Below, one piece after another: positions 16,877 to 26,668 of a stretch of 64,000 nucleotides of DNA. Position 1 is the stretch's first letter, and each line of letters begins with the position of its first letter. The position numbers were made by a program, and so were the translations under genes. Origin of the DNA: a virus (lineage: Duplodnaviria; Caudoviricetes); IMG/VR virus record IMGVR_UViG_3300024433_001307, positions 1,029-65,028 of that record, one strand, 5' to 3'. Under the pieces are notes generated by a model. The model made no database searches. It was not told the DNA's origin and saw only the letters and a list, made by a program, of their open reading frames with translations.

Positions 16877-18274
16877 TCATTCCTCGAAACAGCTTTTTAT
16901 TGCTGGATTACTTATAGCCAAACAACCTGCTACATGAACAAATCTATCTACATTAAAATCACTCTCACGTAAAGCAATCCAATTCAATCTCATTATACCT
17001 TCTTCTTTTTCGTCCTTCGTACAATTGATACCTATCATACCAGTAACATGGGCAAGTTTTCTTTTATCTTCTGAAAAATGTTTCATACGTATTGTTTTTG
17101 CACCGTATGACGCAGCATCGGATTGGGTCGCTGTTACTACAAGACAATGATAAGTCTGTGAGAGTGAACGTAATTGTTTCCATGCTTCATTTACTCTATC
17201 TCTCCCTTCTAATCCATGATACTGCATATTTAGAATATCGGCATAGTCTATTATGATTATATCTGGTACCCATTCTTCTCTTGCCCAATCTTCTAAAATG
17301 TTTTGAATACCTTTTACAAATAATGTTGAATTGGGATGACATGATAAACGGAAAAAGGATTTTTTAGAATGAGCCTTTTTCATTGCCGACCTGCAAGCCT
17401 TGTTTGCCTTCCTCCAGGATAATCTTGTGGTACAAGTTTTCCTCTTTGTGTCTACACTCGCTATTTCATCACCTTTTGTCATTGTAATATCTGTGGGATA
17501 ATTTACGGTACATGGATAAAAGGGTCTGCCAGAAACTCTTATCATCAATCTTCTCATTATTTGGTTCTGACTTAGGTCTCCAGTTTCAAAGAAGGCTACT
17601 TTTTTTCTTTGTATCATTGCTCTATAAGCCATATCTATTAACCAGAATGTCTTGCCTCTTTTTTCTGGAGCCATGAATGAAATAAAAGCATCCCTTTCCA
17701 AAGCATCTTTGAAAAATTTCCCTAAAGCACCCGGATAGGTTATCAATGATTCTCTTCTATCCCTAAATGCTTCTTTAATGGCTTCTGTATCTTGCAGAAT
17801 ATCAATACCCTCACCCACTCCCATATCAATTTTGCTAAAACCGACAATTTGTTTCTGAGCCTTATCTATATTGTTTATATCTAAATCATCCTGAATTGTC
17901 TCAATAAGTTTTTCCATTTTGACTTGATTAAAATACCTACCCGCAACGTCTATGATATAATCACTATTGGATTCAACATTTAGATTCTCATAATCCTTTG
18001 ATAATGAATCCAAAAACTTTTCGACTGGTATTATGGTTTCTTTATCCTTTGTCTTATTGGACCAAGAATCAAATAAATTCTCAATCTGATTTCCCGGAGC
18101 TTTATCATATCTGTGATAATATCGTACACACCATACAGCAATAAGATTTGACCATCTGTTTCTAAACATATTATCCTGCCATTTGGAGGCTATTCGACCA
18201 AGAACAACAGGGTCTACAATCATAGCTGTTAGTATTAACCTCTCCGAAGCAGTTTCTCTTTTTCTAACTTTCAT
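16877..18274 (-). CDS. dnaB: DnaB-like (SF4) replicative helicase
   Basis: APEKRGKT Walker A, IIIIDYAD, VVTATQ, FSED. Confidence 0.88.
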   Translation of the reverse strand: MKVRKRETASERLILTAMIVDPVVLGRIASKWQDNMFRNRWSNLIAVWCVRYYHRYDKAPGNQIENLFDSWSNKTKDKETIIPVEKFLDSLSKDYENLNVESNSDYIIDVAGRYFNQVKMEKLIETIQDDLDINNIDKAQKQIVGFSKIDMGVGEGIDILQDTEAIKEAFRDRRESLITYPGALGKFFKDALERDAFISFMAPEKRGKTFWLIDMAYRAMIQRKKVAFFETGDLSQNQIMRRLMIRVSGRPFYPCTVNYPTDITMTKGDEIASVDTKRKTCTTRLSWRKANKACRSAMKKAHSKKSFFRLSCHPNSTLFVKGIQNILEDWAREEWVPDIIIIDYADILNMQYHGLEGRDRVNEAWKQLRSLSQTYHCLVVTATQSDAASYGAKTIRMKHFSEDKRKLAHVTGMIGINCTKDEKEEGIMRLNWIALRESDFNVDRFVHVAGCLAISNPAIKSCFEE

Positions 18275-18534
18275 TCAAACGTACATCCTCTACAGATGTA
18301 GACAATCACAAGTATCGCAATCAAAAATGCTATTATATATATCACACCCTTAGTGAATAACATTATACCCAACATAAAATCATCTTCCAAACCCATTTCA
18401 ATTCCCCTTTTGTTTATTGGTCTTTCTTCCTGTAATCAAACCCATAACAAAACCAGTGGCGGCAATGACTATGGGTACAATATATCTTGCTCCCTTGTAA
18501 ACCAATACAGCACCTTTCCATATTCTAACTGGCA

Positions 18535-19677
18535 TTATCCTTTCTCCTTTTCAATCAACACCATTAACCTATCCCATCCTGAACTATAACCAGAATATCC
18601 TTCGACCTCTTTTCGACCTAATCGTTGAAACAATTTTGATTTTCTATTAAAAGCCATTTTAATTAAATTACCGCTCCATTCATCCCAATCTATTATCCTT
18701 TTGTTAATCTTTTCCATCCAATCTTTGACGAATGTTTTGGGATGGGCTAAGAAATAACAACCATGGAGATGTTCACATAATCTAATGTGATGTCTATCCC
18801 CTGTCTTTGAAATTTCTAAAAACCATTTATAAAATTCATTGTAGTTATTCAAAGATATTTGAATGGTTCCCAGTAATTGGTCATCACTACCCTCCCAAGA
18901 TAAATGAGAAAGTCTTTTAGCTATCTCTTTGGCAGCAGATGATATTTTAATCTCTTCTGGAGTTTCTGATTGACTCCTGTTCATGATATTTTCTATCCTC
19001 AAGAACTTCTCTCTAAAATCTTGAGCTTTGAATACACTTGGTGTATATTTATCTTTTATATGGGCAATGAACCATTTCAATACTTTTATTATCCTTTTCT
19101 TGGTGAAACCGTGAGTTGTGTGTAATAATCTAAATTGTTTACAACCTTCAGGAGTACCTATTTTCTTGGGAGGAAGAAATATTCTTTTTTCTAACATAGT
19201 AGTACATCTCAAATCATATGAGATATCTTTGGGAGTATGTTTCACCAGCTTATTTTTTGACAACCCTTTTTTCAGGGTTGTCGATGAACGAAGTGAATCT
19301 ATATTCTTCCTTTTAGTATTAGTTGTATTATTATATGAGCCTTTGGATTTTCCCGATACCCCCTTTGGATTTTTCCAAAGCCCCCCTTTGGATTTTCCCG
19401 AAGGGTGTTTCAAGTAGATTCTTCTCATATTATTACTTTTTATTCTGCATTTTATGAACCCATTTTCTTGTAAAGAGCTAATCCATATACTGATAGTTGT
19501 TTTATTTACATTGAAGAGTTTTGCAAAATGACTATTGGTTGCCCAACAATAACCTTCCTTATTACACAGAGCCGTTATTTCACCATAAAGTAGTTTTGCA
19601 TTTGTGGTTAATTCTTCACAGTAACGAACATTAGCAGGGATGATTGCATAATATGATTCCTTATTTTTCATACTCAA
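18535..19677 (-). CDS. Phage replication initiator (N-terminal HTH, replisome-organizer type)
   Basis: YYAIIPANVRY...AKLLYGEITAL...GYCWATN...TISIWISSL...GFI; internal iterons; lies upstream of the helicase. Confidence 0.85.
   Translation of the reverse strand: MSMKNKESYYAIIPANVRYCEELTTNAKLLYGEITALCNKEGYCWATNSHFAKLFNVNKTTISIWISSLQENGFIKCRIKSNNMRRIYLKHPSGKSKGGLWKNPKGVSGKSKGSYNNTTNTKRKNIDSLRSSTTLKKGLSKNKLVKHTPKDISYDLRCTTMLEKRIFLPPKKIGTPEGCKQFRLLHTTHGFTKKRIIKVLKWFIAHIKDKYTPSVFKAQDFREKFLRIENIMNRSQSETPEEIKISSAAKEIAKRLSHLSWEGSDDQLLGTIQISLNNYNEFYKWFLEISKTGDRHHIRLCEHLHGCYFLAHPKTFVKDWMEKINKRIIDWDEWSGNLIKMAFNRKSKLFQRLGRKEVEGYSGYSSGWDRLMVLIEKEKG
19300..19404. promoter_or_regulatory. Putative replication origin: three iterons plus an AT-rich tract inside the initiator gene
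   Basis: CTTTGGATTTT starts at 19341, 19363 and 19386 (22-23 bp spacing). The middle copy CTTTGGA-TTTT-TCCAAAG is palindromic. An AT-rich tract lies at 19300-19337. Confidence 0.7.
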
Positions 19678-19691
19678 ATCCTTTCAATAAG

Positions 19692-19774
19692 AAAACCACC
19701 AAATGCTATGATACGCGAAAAGTTCACACTTGGTGGTTTTGGTCCATCCTTGGTTTCGGTTTCGCGTTTCATAG
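19692..19774 (-). ncRNA. Structured 5' leader of the initiator gene with two competing helices
   Basis: 19760-19774 pairs with 19706-19720 (14/15). 19727-19740 pairs with 19692-19705 (14 bp, one G-U on the minus strand). Confidence 0.6.
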
Positions 19775-19777
19775 GTT

Positions 19778-19805
19778 ATTATATCCTCAGTTTATGCCCT
19801 GTCAA
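19778..19805 (-). promoter_or_regulatory. Sigma70-type promoter for the replication operon
   Basis: Minus strand TTGACA-N16-TATAAT with both hexamers at perfect consensus and an AT-rich UP region. Confidence 0.8.
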
Positions 19806-19887
19806 GCAAAAATAAAAATTTTTTCTTTATATCTCTATTATCGTCAAATTTAGCAGTAATCGAGCAAAATACCTTAAGCAGCCCAAA

Positions 19888-19958
19888 ATACCCTAAAATT
19901 TAGCCCACAGGACGGTGCCTCTTACGTGAACTCCAGTCATCCTGTACCTACATATAGG
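19888..19958 (-). repeat. 71-bp intergenic element, copy 1 (copy 2 at 46838-46908)
   Basis: Ungapped match of 52/71 with the other copy, including 12/12 and 23/24 terminal blocks. Confidence 0.8.
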
Positions 19959-19969
19959 TATTTGCGTGG

Positions 19970-20842
19970 TTAGTATAAGAACCTTTCTCTCAGCGTTTTT
20001 AGCTCCTCAATGGATGCTTCTGCAGCATCCTTGCTATCCAATATGACATTGTATGTATCGCCTTTGAAAACTGATAGTGTATTGAATAATTTGTTTGCTC
20101 TTTTTTGGGCTTGCCTGTCACTATCAAAACAGATAGCTCTGATAGGATACCTAATCATCTTATTGACTTGAGCTTGAGAATACCCCAAACCTAAAGTGGC
20201 TACCGCACCTGGTCCTATCTTCCATACGTCAAATGGTCCTTCAACGATAATGATAGCATGTCGAGCATAATCCTCTCCATATAAAAGTTCTTTATGAGGT
20301 ATTGTTTCTTGTTCAGATTTGGCACTGATATATCTTATAATGTTTGCCTTATCCGAAATTGCTCGTGTCGTCCAGCTTACTGTTTCTCCTCTATAAATAA
20401 TAGGAATGAATATACGCCATGATAATTTGCTTGCTATTCCTATTCCTTGCACCTTCCAAAGTTGTATGATATCCCCAGGAAGAAAACCTCTCCTAACTAA
20501 ATAACGAGCATGTGGAATTTGTAAATCTCCGACTCCTTTAGGTATTTTAAGTCTGCCTCTTATTATCCTTTTTTCAAATTTAGATTTTTCCAAACCCTTC
20601 AAAAGTCTTCTGCATTTTTCAGTGGATAATCCGGTTAACTCAATCAATACATTAACTGTGGGATGGCTCCCACATTGCCAACAGTTGATATAATTCCCAA
20701 CAAGGGAATAACCCATATGAAATTTGTGGGAGCCATCGCCACAGAAAGGACAATCAATTTGAATCCACCCAGGACGACAATGATGATGGCCTTCTGTCTT
20801 ATATGGTATTCTATATTCAATTAGAAGGTCGATGAATTTCAT
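19970..20842 (-). CDS. DNA primase (zinc finger + TOPRIM)
   Basis: CPFC...NCWQCG, RIFIPI, IVEGPFD, CFDSD, KDA. Confidence 0.88.
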   Translation of the reverse strand: MKFIDLLIEYRIPYKTEGHHHCRPGWIQIDCPFCGDGSHKFHMGYSLVGNYINCWQCGSHPTVNVLIELTGLSTEKCRRLLKGLEKSKFEKRIIRGRLKIPKGVGDLQIPHARYLVRRGFLPGDIIQLWKVQGIGIASKLSWRIFIPIIYRGETVSWTTRAISDKANIIRYISAKSEQETIPHKELLYGEDYARHAIIIVEGPFDVWKIGPGAVATLGLGYSQAQVNKMIRYPIRAICFDSDRQAQKRANKLFNTLSVFKGDTYNVILDSKDAAEASIEELKTLRERFLY

Positions 20843-21276
20843 TGTTTTGGTTTTGGATTCTCCACAAAGAAGATAGGGTCAAGATATATCATATATCCGT
20901 TTCTTTCGGGTTTATATCTCTTGGCTAATTTGGCTTGGTGTCGATTGAGTAATGTCTTGACCGATACGAGTTTGTATTTTCCTTTTGTTCCTTTTTTATC
21001 TGAAGGTACATAGAAAGCTCTTACTCCGGTTTCTTCGGGAGAACATTTTTTGAGGACTATCACTTGAGTTTTTGGGTCAAATCCTATGAGCACATCACGC
21101 CAATCTTCTAAGTGAAGTTGTTCGACAATGTTGAAGTACAGAGTTCCCGAACTGGGTGCATAGCAAACGAAGGGATTTGATTTTCGTTTACTGACAGTTC
21201 TCTCGAATACTACATTATCCAAATTAACTTTTTGTGAAATTGTTACCATTTTTTTATCCTTTCTTTTTTTATCCAT
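20839..21276 (-). CDS. Hypothetical protein
   Basis: 145-aa ORF coupled to the primase. Confidence 0.6.
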   Translation of the reverse strand: MDKKRKDKKMVTISQKVNLDNVVFERTVSKRKSNPFVCYAPSSGTLYFNIVEQLHLEDWRDVLIGFDPKTQVIVLKKCSPEETGVRAFYVPSDKKGTKGKYKLVSVKTLLNRHQAKLAKRYKPERNGYMIYLDPIFFVENPKPKQ

Positions 21277-21412
21277 TAAACTTTTTGATTTCCTTTCGCA
21301 TCAATTCTTCAATCCTTTTTGTCATTGTTGTATTCTGTCTCACACATATGGCTTTGAATTGTAATTTCACATCGAGTGGTATGCCTTTGATATACAATGT
21401 TGATTTCTTCAT
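21269..21412 (-). CDS. Small ribbon-helix-helix regulator (47 aa)
   Basis: Hand translation MKKSTLYIKGIPLDVKLQFKAICVRQNTTMTKRIEELMRKEIKKFNG; fills the gap with overlaps on both sides. Confidence 0.7.
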   Translation of the reverse strand: MKKSTLYIKGIPLDVKLQFKAICVRQNTTMTKRIEELMRKEIKKFNG

Positions 21413-22773
21413 TCCACTAATCCTTTCTTGAGAATTTTTTCTAACTTATCAAATATATTGAGTTCATTTGTTATATTATCACCATCCAAAACAGAATCAA
21501 CTATCTTCTGTTTCTTTTGGATAAGAGCACACAAAGGAACTTCTATCGTATTTTTTGCTATCAAGTAATAGATGGAGGCATTGTATTTTTGTCCTATCCT
21601 ATGTATTCTATCCTCAGCTTGAATATGATTTGCCGGTACAAAATCTAATTCGACAAAAGCCAAAGTATTTGATGCAGTTAGAGTTATAACAACACCAGCA
21701 GCTTTAATACTACCGATGAACAATTTGATTTTTTTATTATTTTGAAAAGCAAGAACGGCTTTCTTTCTTTTTTCACCTGTCACACTACCATCTACTACTA
21801 CTGATATCTTTTTATATTTATCATAAATTTGTTTGATGATATTTTTATGAATGCAATAAAGAACGAGTTTGTCGTCACTCTCCTCTAAGAAATTGTCTAT
21901 CCATTTTAGGATGCTCTTCATTTTTAATTGGGCAGCCAATCTTTTTAGATATCCTATTTTTACTAATTGTTCTGCTTTTTGAGCCCGCTTGGCTTTATCC
22001 AATGATTTTCTACTAAGCCAATCAATAAAATTATTAACAGCCTCTTGATATTCATTTCTATTATCTATCGAAAGGGGTACTATAAATCTTGATTTCTTTG
22101 GTAATTCTTTTAATACATCCTTTTTCAGTCTTCTAATCATCATTGTTTCATTTAGAATTTGATGCAATTCATCAAGATGAGAAGCACCATTAAAATCCCA
22201 ACCCCAAGGAGTTCGTATTGGATTGCAGTATCTAAAAGCATAGGGGAGGAATGAAGGAAAAAGTTTAGGTCTTATCATATTCAGTGTCGTCCATAATTCT
22301 GCTGGTCTATTAAGTAAAGGTGTTCCGCCTATGGCTATGACATGAGGAATTTTTCTCGCCAATTTTCTTACTGCTTTCGTTCTATGGGTTTTTCTATTTT
22401 TTACATAATGACATTCATCAAATAATAATACCTTTGGTTCTAATCTTAATAGGTTATCCATCCAATACTGGAGAATTTCGTAATTGAGAATCAATAAAGA
22501 ATTTATTGAATCCTTTTGGTTGATTCGGAATGATTTTTTTCCATTTAGTATTATACTCTTCATTTTGAGGTGTTTGTGAGCTTCCATTTCCCAAACCCAT
22601 TTTGCGAAGGCTGGACATACAATAATTACAGGTCGCTTTTTTGGATGATGTCTTATCCAACCCAAGGCTTCCAGTGTTTTGCCCAGACCCATTTCATCAG
22701 CCAGCAAGGCTCGACCATGAAACTCCTCAATTTTTAGGATTCCTTTCCGCTGGTAATCATATAATCGGGTCAT
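21409..22773 (-). CDS. SNF2-family (HARP/SMARCAL1-like) helicase
   Basis: LADEMGLGKT, FDECH, GTPLLNRP, MIRRLK, QAEDRIHRIGQ. Confidence 0.93.
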   Translation of the reverse strand: MTRLYDYQRKGILKIEEFHGRALLADEMGLGKTLEALGWIRHHPKKRPVIIVCPAFAKWVWEMEAHKHLKMKSIILNGKKSFRINQKDSINSLLILNYEILQYWMDNLLRLEPKVLLFDECHYVKNRKTHRTKAVRKLARKIPHVIAIGGTPLLNRPAELWTTLNMIRPKLFPSFLPYAFRYCNPIRTPWGWDFNGASHLDELHQILNETMMIRRLKKDVLKELPKKSRFIVPLSIDNRNEYQEAVNNFIDWLSRKSLDKAKRAQKAEQLVKIGYLKRLAAQLKMKSILKWIDNFLEESDDKLVLYCIHKNIIKQIYDKYKKISVVVDGSVTGEKRKKAVLAFQNNKKIKLFIGSIKAAGVVITLTASNTLAFVELDFVPANHIQAEDRIHRIGQKYNASIYYLIAKNTIEVPLCALIQKKQKIVDSVLDGDNITNELNIFDKLEKILKKGLVE

Positions 22774-23302
22774 TTAGAATAATCCTAATATCTCCAATTG
22801 ATTCCGATATTTCCTTTTTCAACCATTCGAGGTCTTCATATAGATAATACCTTAATCCTATCAATATGAATTTTGGTTTTGTGCCTCTGCTTAATACCTC
22901 TTCTCGAAATCTTTTTGTAGGATTGAATAATAATTTGATAATGAATGCAGCATCATTTGGCAGGTCCTCTATCAATTCGAATAGATAGAAAGGTTTTTGG
23001 AATTCATTTTTGAGTAATTCTTCATAGGTTTGTCCATCATTTGTCGTATCGTTAATACTTAATTTGGTATGTTTATTTTCTTCGTTTAACCAATCGAGTA
23101 ATCCATGCCATATACACCATGATAACCACGTGCTGAATGCTGATTTGCTTTCTTCATAAGTTTGACATGACAATAAGAATAGATAATTGGCTTCTGCTTT
23201 TAATTCATCTATTTCACCTCCATATCTTATTTTGAATCTCCAAACTATTTTATAAATTAGTTTTTCTACATCCATGTAAGTTTTGTCTAAAGCGATTTCC
23301 AT
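22757..23302 (-). CDS. Sigma-factor-like transcription regulator
   Basis: KLIYKIVWRF...DEL...YEESKSAFSTW resembles sigma region 2. Confidence 0.65.
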   Translation of the reverse strand: MEIALDKTYMDVEKLIYKIVWRFKIRYGGEIDELKAEANYLFLLSCQTYEESKSAFSTWLSWCIWHGLLDWLNEENKHTKLSINDTTNDGQTYEELLKNEFQKPFYLFELIEDLPNDAAFIIKLLFNPTKRFREEVLSRGTKPKFILIGLRYYLYEDLEWLKKEISESIGDIRIILNDPII

Positions 23303-23303
23303 T

Positions 23304-23507
23304 TCAATTCCCTTTCCCTTTTTCTTTTTCTCTATTTAGAATATTGAATAGTTTAGCGAGACCGGCTGCGGATATCTCAGATTTACCACTCAGATATCCA
23401 TATACGGTTCCTTGGTTTAGGTCTGCCATACGTGATAATTTTGCGGCACTTATTCCCACTTGTTTCAATAAGGTCTTTATTTGTTGTCTGAAATCTATCT
23501 TATTCAT
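23304..23507 (-). CDS. XRE/Cro-like HTH protein
   Basis: ISAAKLSRMADLNQGTVYGYLSGK. Confidence 0.85.
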   Translation of the reverse strand: MNKIDFRQQIKTLLKQVGISAAKLSRMADLNQGTVYGYLSGKSEISAAGLAKLFNILNREKEKGKGN

Positions 23508-23511
23508 GTCA

Positions 23512-24246
23512 TTATCCTTTCAATCTTTCAGCAACGGCACGTGGATTGCTGCCTATTATTTCTATAAATTTTTTGATTTCTTTCAATGTATAATATCCGC
23601 TGAGGTGTTCAATCATATAGAATTGTTCCTTTTTTGGTCTTTTCATGAATTCGTCTACATCATTCTCACAGCAAAAACTAAGATTGAAGCTTCTCTTGTT
23701 GCCATATTTTAATACATTCGAGTTTGGAGTATGAGCTAATTCTACATCCATATTTCCGGTCACCATTTCTATATATTTTTGATGTGCTATTTCTTGTTGG
23801 TTTTTTCTTTCGAATATAGGTTTTGCGACTTCAAAAAACATTTTGATTCTTGAGATAGTTGTTTTTATTTTTTTGGAATAGAATATCTTATTGGAATAGA
23901 ATATCTTAGTTGTAGTTGAAAATCTATTTATTCTAAGTTGGGTTATTCTAAATTGGGAAACATGCGGATGTCTTAATTCTATTGCAAACCTACCATCATG
24001 TCCATCAGGATTAGGTTCAGGTTCCCAGGATATTCTAATGCGTATTTCATTATTTAGATAAGGTATTTTTATATCAAGTTGGGAGGGTGGTCCGCATTCT
24101 TTTTTATCAAAACTCTTTTTATTTTTTATTGAACAGAAATCGGCTTTTCCTTCAAACCATTTTTCTTTAAGGAGAGCTTCCCTAAGCATGACATGAGGGA
24201 TTTTATCCCACTCTCTTATTCTATCAATATCATAATTGAAAGCCAT
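23512..24246 (-). CDS. Hypothetical protein
   Basis: 244-aa ORF preceded by the repeated GAAAGGACAATAAAATG leader. Confidence 0.7.
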   Translation of the reverse strand: MAFNYDIDRIREWDKIPHVMLREALLKEKWFEGKADFCSIKNKKSFDKKECGPPSQLDIKIPYLNNEIRIRISWEPEPNPDGHDGRFAIELRHPHVSQFRITQLRINRFSTTTKIFYSNKIFYSKKIKTTISRIKMFFEVAKPIFERKNQQEIAHQKYIEMVTGNMDVELAHTPNSNVLKYGNKRSFNLSFCCENDVDEFMKRPKKEQFYMIEHLSGYYTLKEIKKFIEIIGSNPRAVAERLKG

Positions 24247-24259
24247 TTTATTGTCCTTT

Positions 24260-25465
24260 CTAATTGAAATTTACGGTTATTCCGAATGGAGCCCTTTCAT
24301 CATCTTTATTTGTAGTTATCCACATGGTTGGATATTCCGGTTGTGTTTTGGGAAAGTGTCCATATAGGTCAGTGAAATATATCAAGCAAGATGGGGTATA
24401 TCCTTTCTTATTGATATGTTGAAATACTGGACGGAAATCTGTTCCACCTCCACCTACTGGTTTAAGTTCCAGTGGTAAATCATTCCTATTGATTTCTACT
24501 TCCTTTTTTACTTGTGAATCGCAATAGAATATCCGTATCCTTGTTTCATATACTGCCAGGATATTTGATATTTCGTGAGCAAAACGACTCAATTGTTCTT
24601 TGGAGATACTTCCTGATGTGTCTATTGCTATTGCGACCTCAGGCAATTCTTCGCTTATTAGACTTGGAAGTATAATCCCTGTGGAGAAATATCTTCGTGA
24701 AGGTACCATCCAATTATAATCGTTTCGGGCAGACCTCTCTACAAAATCTCTTAGAAGGATATACCAAGGCAAAGGCGGGTCTAAAATAACTTGAAGCTGT
24801 CTATATAGGTCTCCTGATAATTCACCTCTTGTAATTTGGATGGCTTGACTAACCGCAGCCTTCCATTCCATTTGAGTTTGATTCATTTCATTTTTGTCTT
24901 TAGGAGGTGTTACTCCTCCACATCGTCCGGGGTCAGGATTTGGTTGTTCCTTATCTTTGCTTTCGTCTTTTTTCTGTTGTTGCTGTTTCTTATTTTTACC
25001 ACTTCCACCACTTTTCTTTTGTTGCTGTTTATTTTGTTTGTCCTTTTTCTGTTCATCCTTCGATAGTAAAGCATAGATTTCTTCCGCCGAAAGATTATCA
25101 TATTGACTGTCTCTCAAATATCCTTTTGGTAAGGTGAATCCTGTTTCAAGTAGATTCTCATTAACGGTATAGTCTACTGCCATATTCCATCTTCTGCTTT
25201 CCCTATCGCCTTGTCGCCATGTATGCCCTAAGGCACAATGCATCACCTCATGGGCTAATAAACCTTTGGTTTGCATGATGGGCAGAGAATCTATATAATC
25301 AGGATTGTAATAGAGGCTCGTTCCATCGGTGGTGGCACTTTTGGTTGTTTCGGGTTCCTCTATCAATTGAAGTTTCAACGCCAAACATCCAAAGAAGGGA
25401 TGGTCGAGTATTAGCATAGACCTTGCCTTCAATAGTTTGGTTAATGGTTTATCTTTGATTTTCAT
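24260..25465 (-). CDS. DUF2201-type metallopeptidase-VWA protein
   Basis: HPFFG, ATTDG, HEVMH (HExxH), N.A.D..VN, IDTSGS MIDAS, GGGGTDF, YFTDLYG. Confidence 0.88.
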   Translation of the reverse strand: MKIKDKPLTKLLKARSMLILDHPFFGCLALKLQLIEEPETTKSATTDGTSLYYNPDYIDSLPIMQTKGLLAHEVMHCALGHTWRQGDRESRRWNMAVDYTVNENLLETGFTLPKGYLRDSQYDNLSAEEIYALLSKDEQKKDKQNKQQQKKSGGSGKNKKQQQQKKDESKDKEQPNPDPGRCGGVTPPKDKNEMNQTQMEWKAAVSQAIQITRGELSGDLYRQLQVILDPPLPWYILLRDFVERSARNDYNWMVPSRRYFSTGIILPSLISEELPEVAIAIDTSGSISKEQLSRFAHEISNILAVYETRIRIFYCDSQVKKEVEINRNDLPLELKPVGGGGTDFRPVFQHINKKGYTPSCLIYFTDLYGHFPKTQPEYPTMWITTNKDDERAPFGITVNFN

Positions 25466-25477
25466 TTTCTTTCTCCT

Positions 25478-26464
25478 TTATAGAAGGATATCCTTATGTA
25501 TGGCAACCCAGTTGATAAACATCTTGGTATTTTGGATTGATGGTTGTTTGCGAATGGCATCTCTCACTAAGAGCACGGAAAAATCTGCGGGTAATCGATA
25601 GCCATATCGGAGAATGTTTCTATAGGTCTCCTTGGATATCTTTTCAACCAGAGCGGCTACTACGGCATACAATGCAGCGGGTTCATTTGGGACGGTTGCT
25701 TTGTCTGGTTTGGTTAGAATAGTTTTGATATTTGGAAGGCTTTTGTAGACCTTCATAAATCCTACTAATTCTGCCGCACAACCTTCTCCTACTGCACCGG
25801 CCAATACTTCTAAATCATCGAGTCCAGCATTGATTAGTTTACCACAAAAGGCTATGGTGCGTGGACAAGGATGATTTATGATTTCCGAAGTGGCTTCCAT
25901 AGTGCATAATAGGTTTGGTCGAAAATGTATGAAGCCTATAATCTCTGGAGGCATATCGTTCTTGAAGGCCCATTCAGTCCAATCATCTGCTGAAGGTATC
26001 AATTCGATGATTGTAGCGAATCTCGATTTTACTGGTTCGAGAATACCAGTAACACCTGCTCTGTCTTCGCGTCTATTTGTTGCTGCTATGAATACAACCT
26101 TATCTGATATTTTGTATTCATTTACTCGTCTCGCCAATATCAATTGCATGGCTGCTGCTTGAACTGCTGCTGGAGCTTGTCCCAAATCATCGAGAAAGGC
26201 TATGGTTGGTTTCTTTGCATTGATGAGTTTTCTCAAGTCGCCGAATGGTAAAAATTCTGCTTCACCATCTACTATACCTGGCAGACCTTTGAAATCGGTT
26301 GGGTCAGATACGACCGGGTGACTGATTACTAAATTCATTTTCAATTTCTTGGCGACTTGTGCCACAATGTCGCTCTTACCTACCCCTGGAGAACCTTTTA
26401 TTAACACAGGTAATCCAGCTTTGATTGATTCAATCAAAGTCTTTTTAAGTTTTTTCGGTTCCAT
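25478..26464 (-). CDS. MoxR/dynein-related AAA+ ATPase
   Basis: GSPGVGKS, DFKGLP, FLDDL, AATNR, SRF, PCPRT. Confidence 0.88.
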   Translation of the reverse strand: MEPKKLKKTLIESIKAGLPVLIKGSPGVGKSDIVAQVAKKLKMNLVISHPVVSDPTDFKGLPGIVDGEAEFLPFGDLRKLINAKKPTIAFLDDLGQAPAAVQAAAMQLILARRVNEYKISDKVVFIAATNRREDRAGVTGILEPVKSRFATIIELIPSADDWTEWAFKNDMPPEIIGFIHFRPNLLCTMEATSEIINHPCPRTIAFCGKLINAGLDDLEVLAGAVGEGCAAELVGFMKVYKSLPNIKTILTKPDKATVPNEPAALYAVVAALVEKISKETYRNILRYGYRLPADFSVLLVRDAIRKQPSIQNTKMFINWVAIHKDILL

Positions 26465-26534
26465 TTCATTGTCCTTTCATTAAGGTTAATAAAGTTTGAG
26501 TCCGGTCAGCTTTCAACCTGACCGGTGTCGAACC

Positions 26535-26648
26535 TTATAATTGTATTAGCTGTAGGTTGTCTATTACTTCTGAAAGATATTGAAGTGCGAATCGTACCGC
26601 ATATGACCCAACAGCAATGACAACCAAGCCTAACAATATCAGTTCCAT
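26535..26648 (-). CDS. Small membrane peptide (37 aa)
   Basis: Hand translation MELILLGLVVIAVGSYAVRFALQYLSEVIDNLQLIQL. Confidence 0.4.
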   Translation of the reverse strand: MELILLGLVVIAVGSYAVRFALQYLSEVIDNLQLIQL

Positions 26649-26668
26649 TGTTTTTGCACATATCTTAA

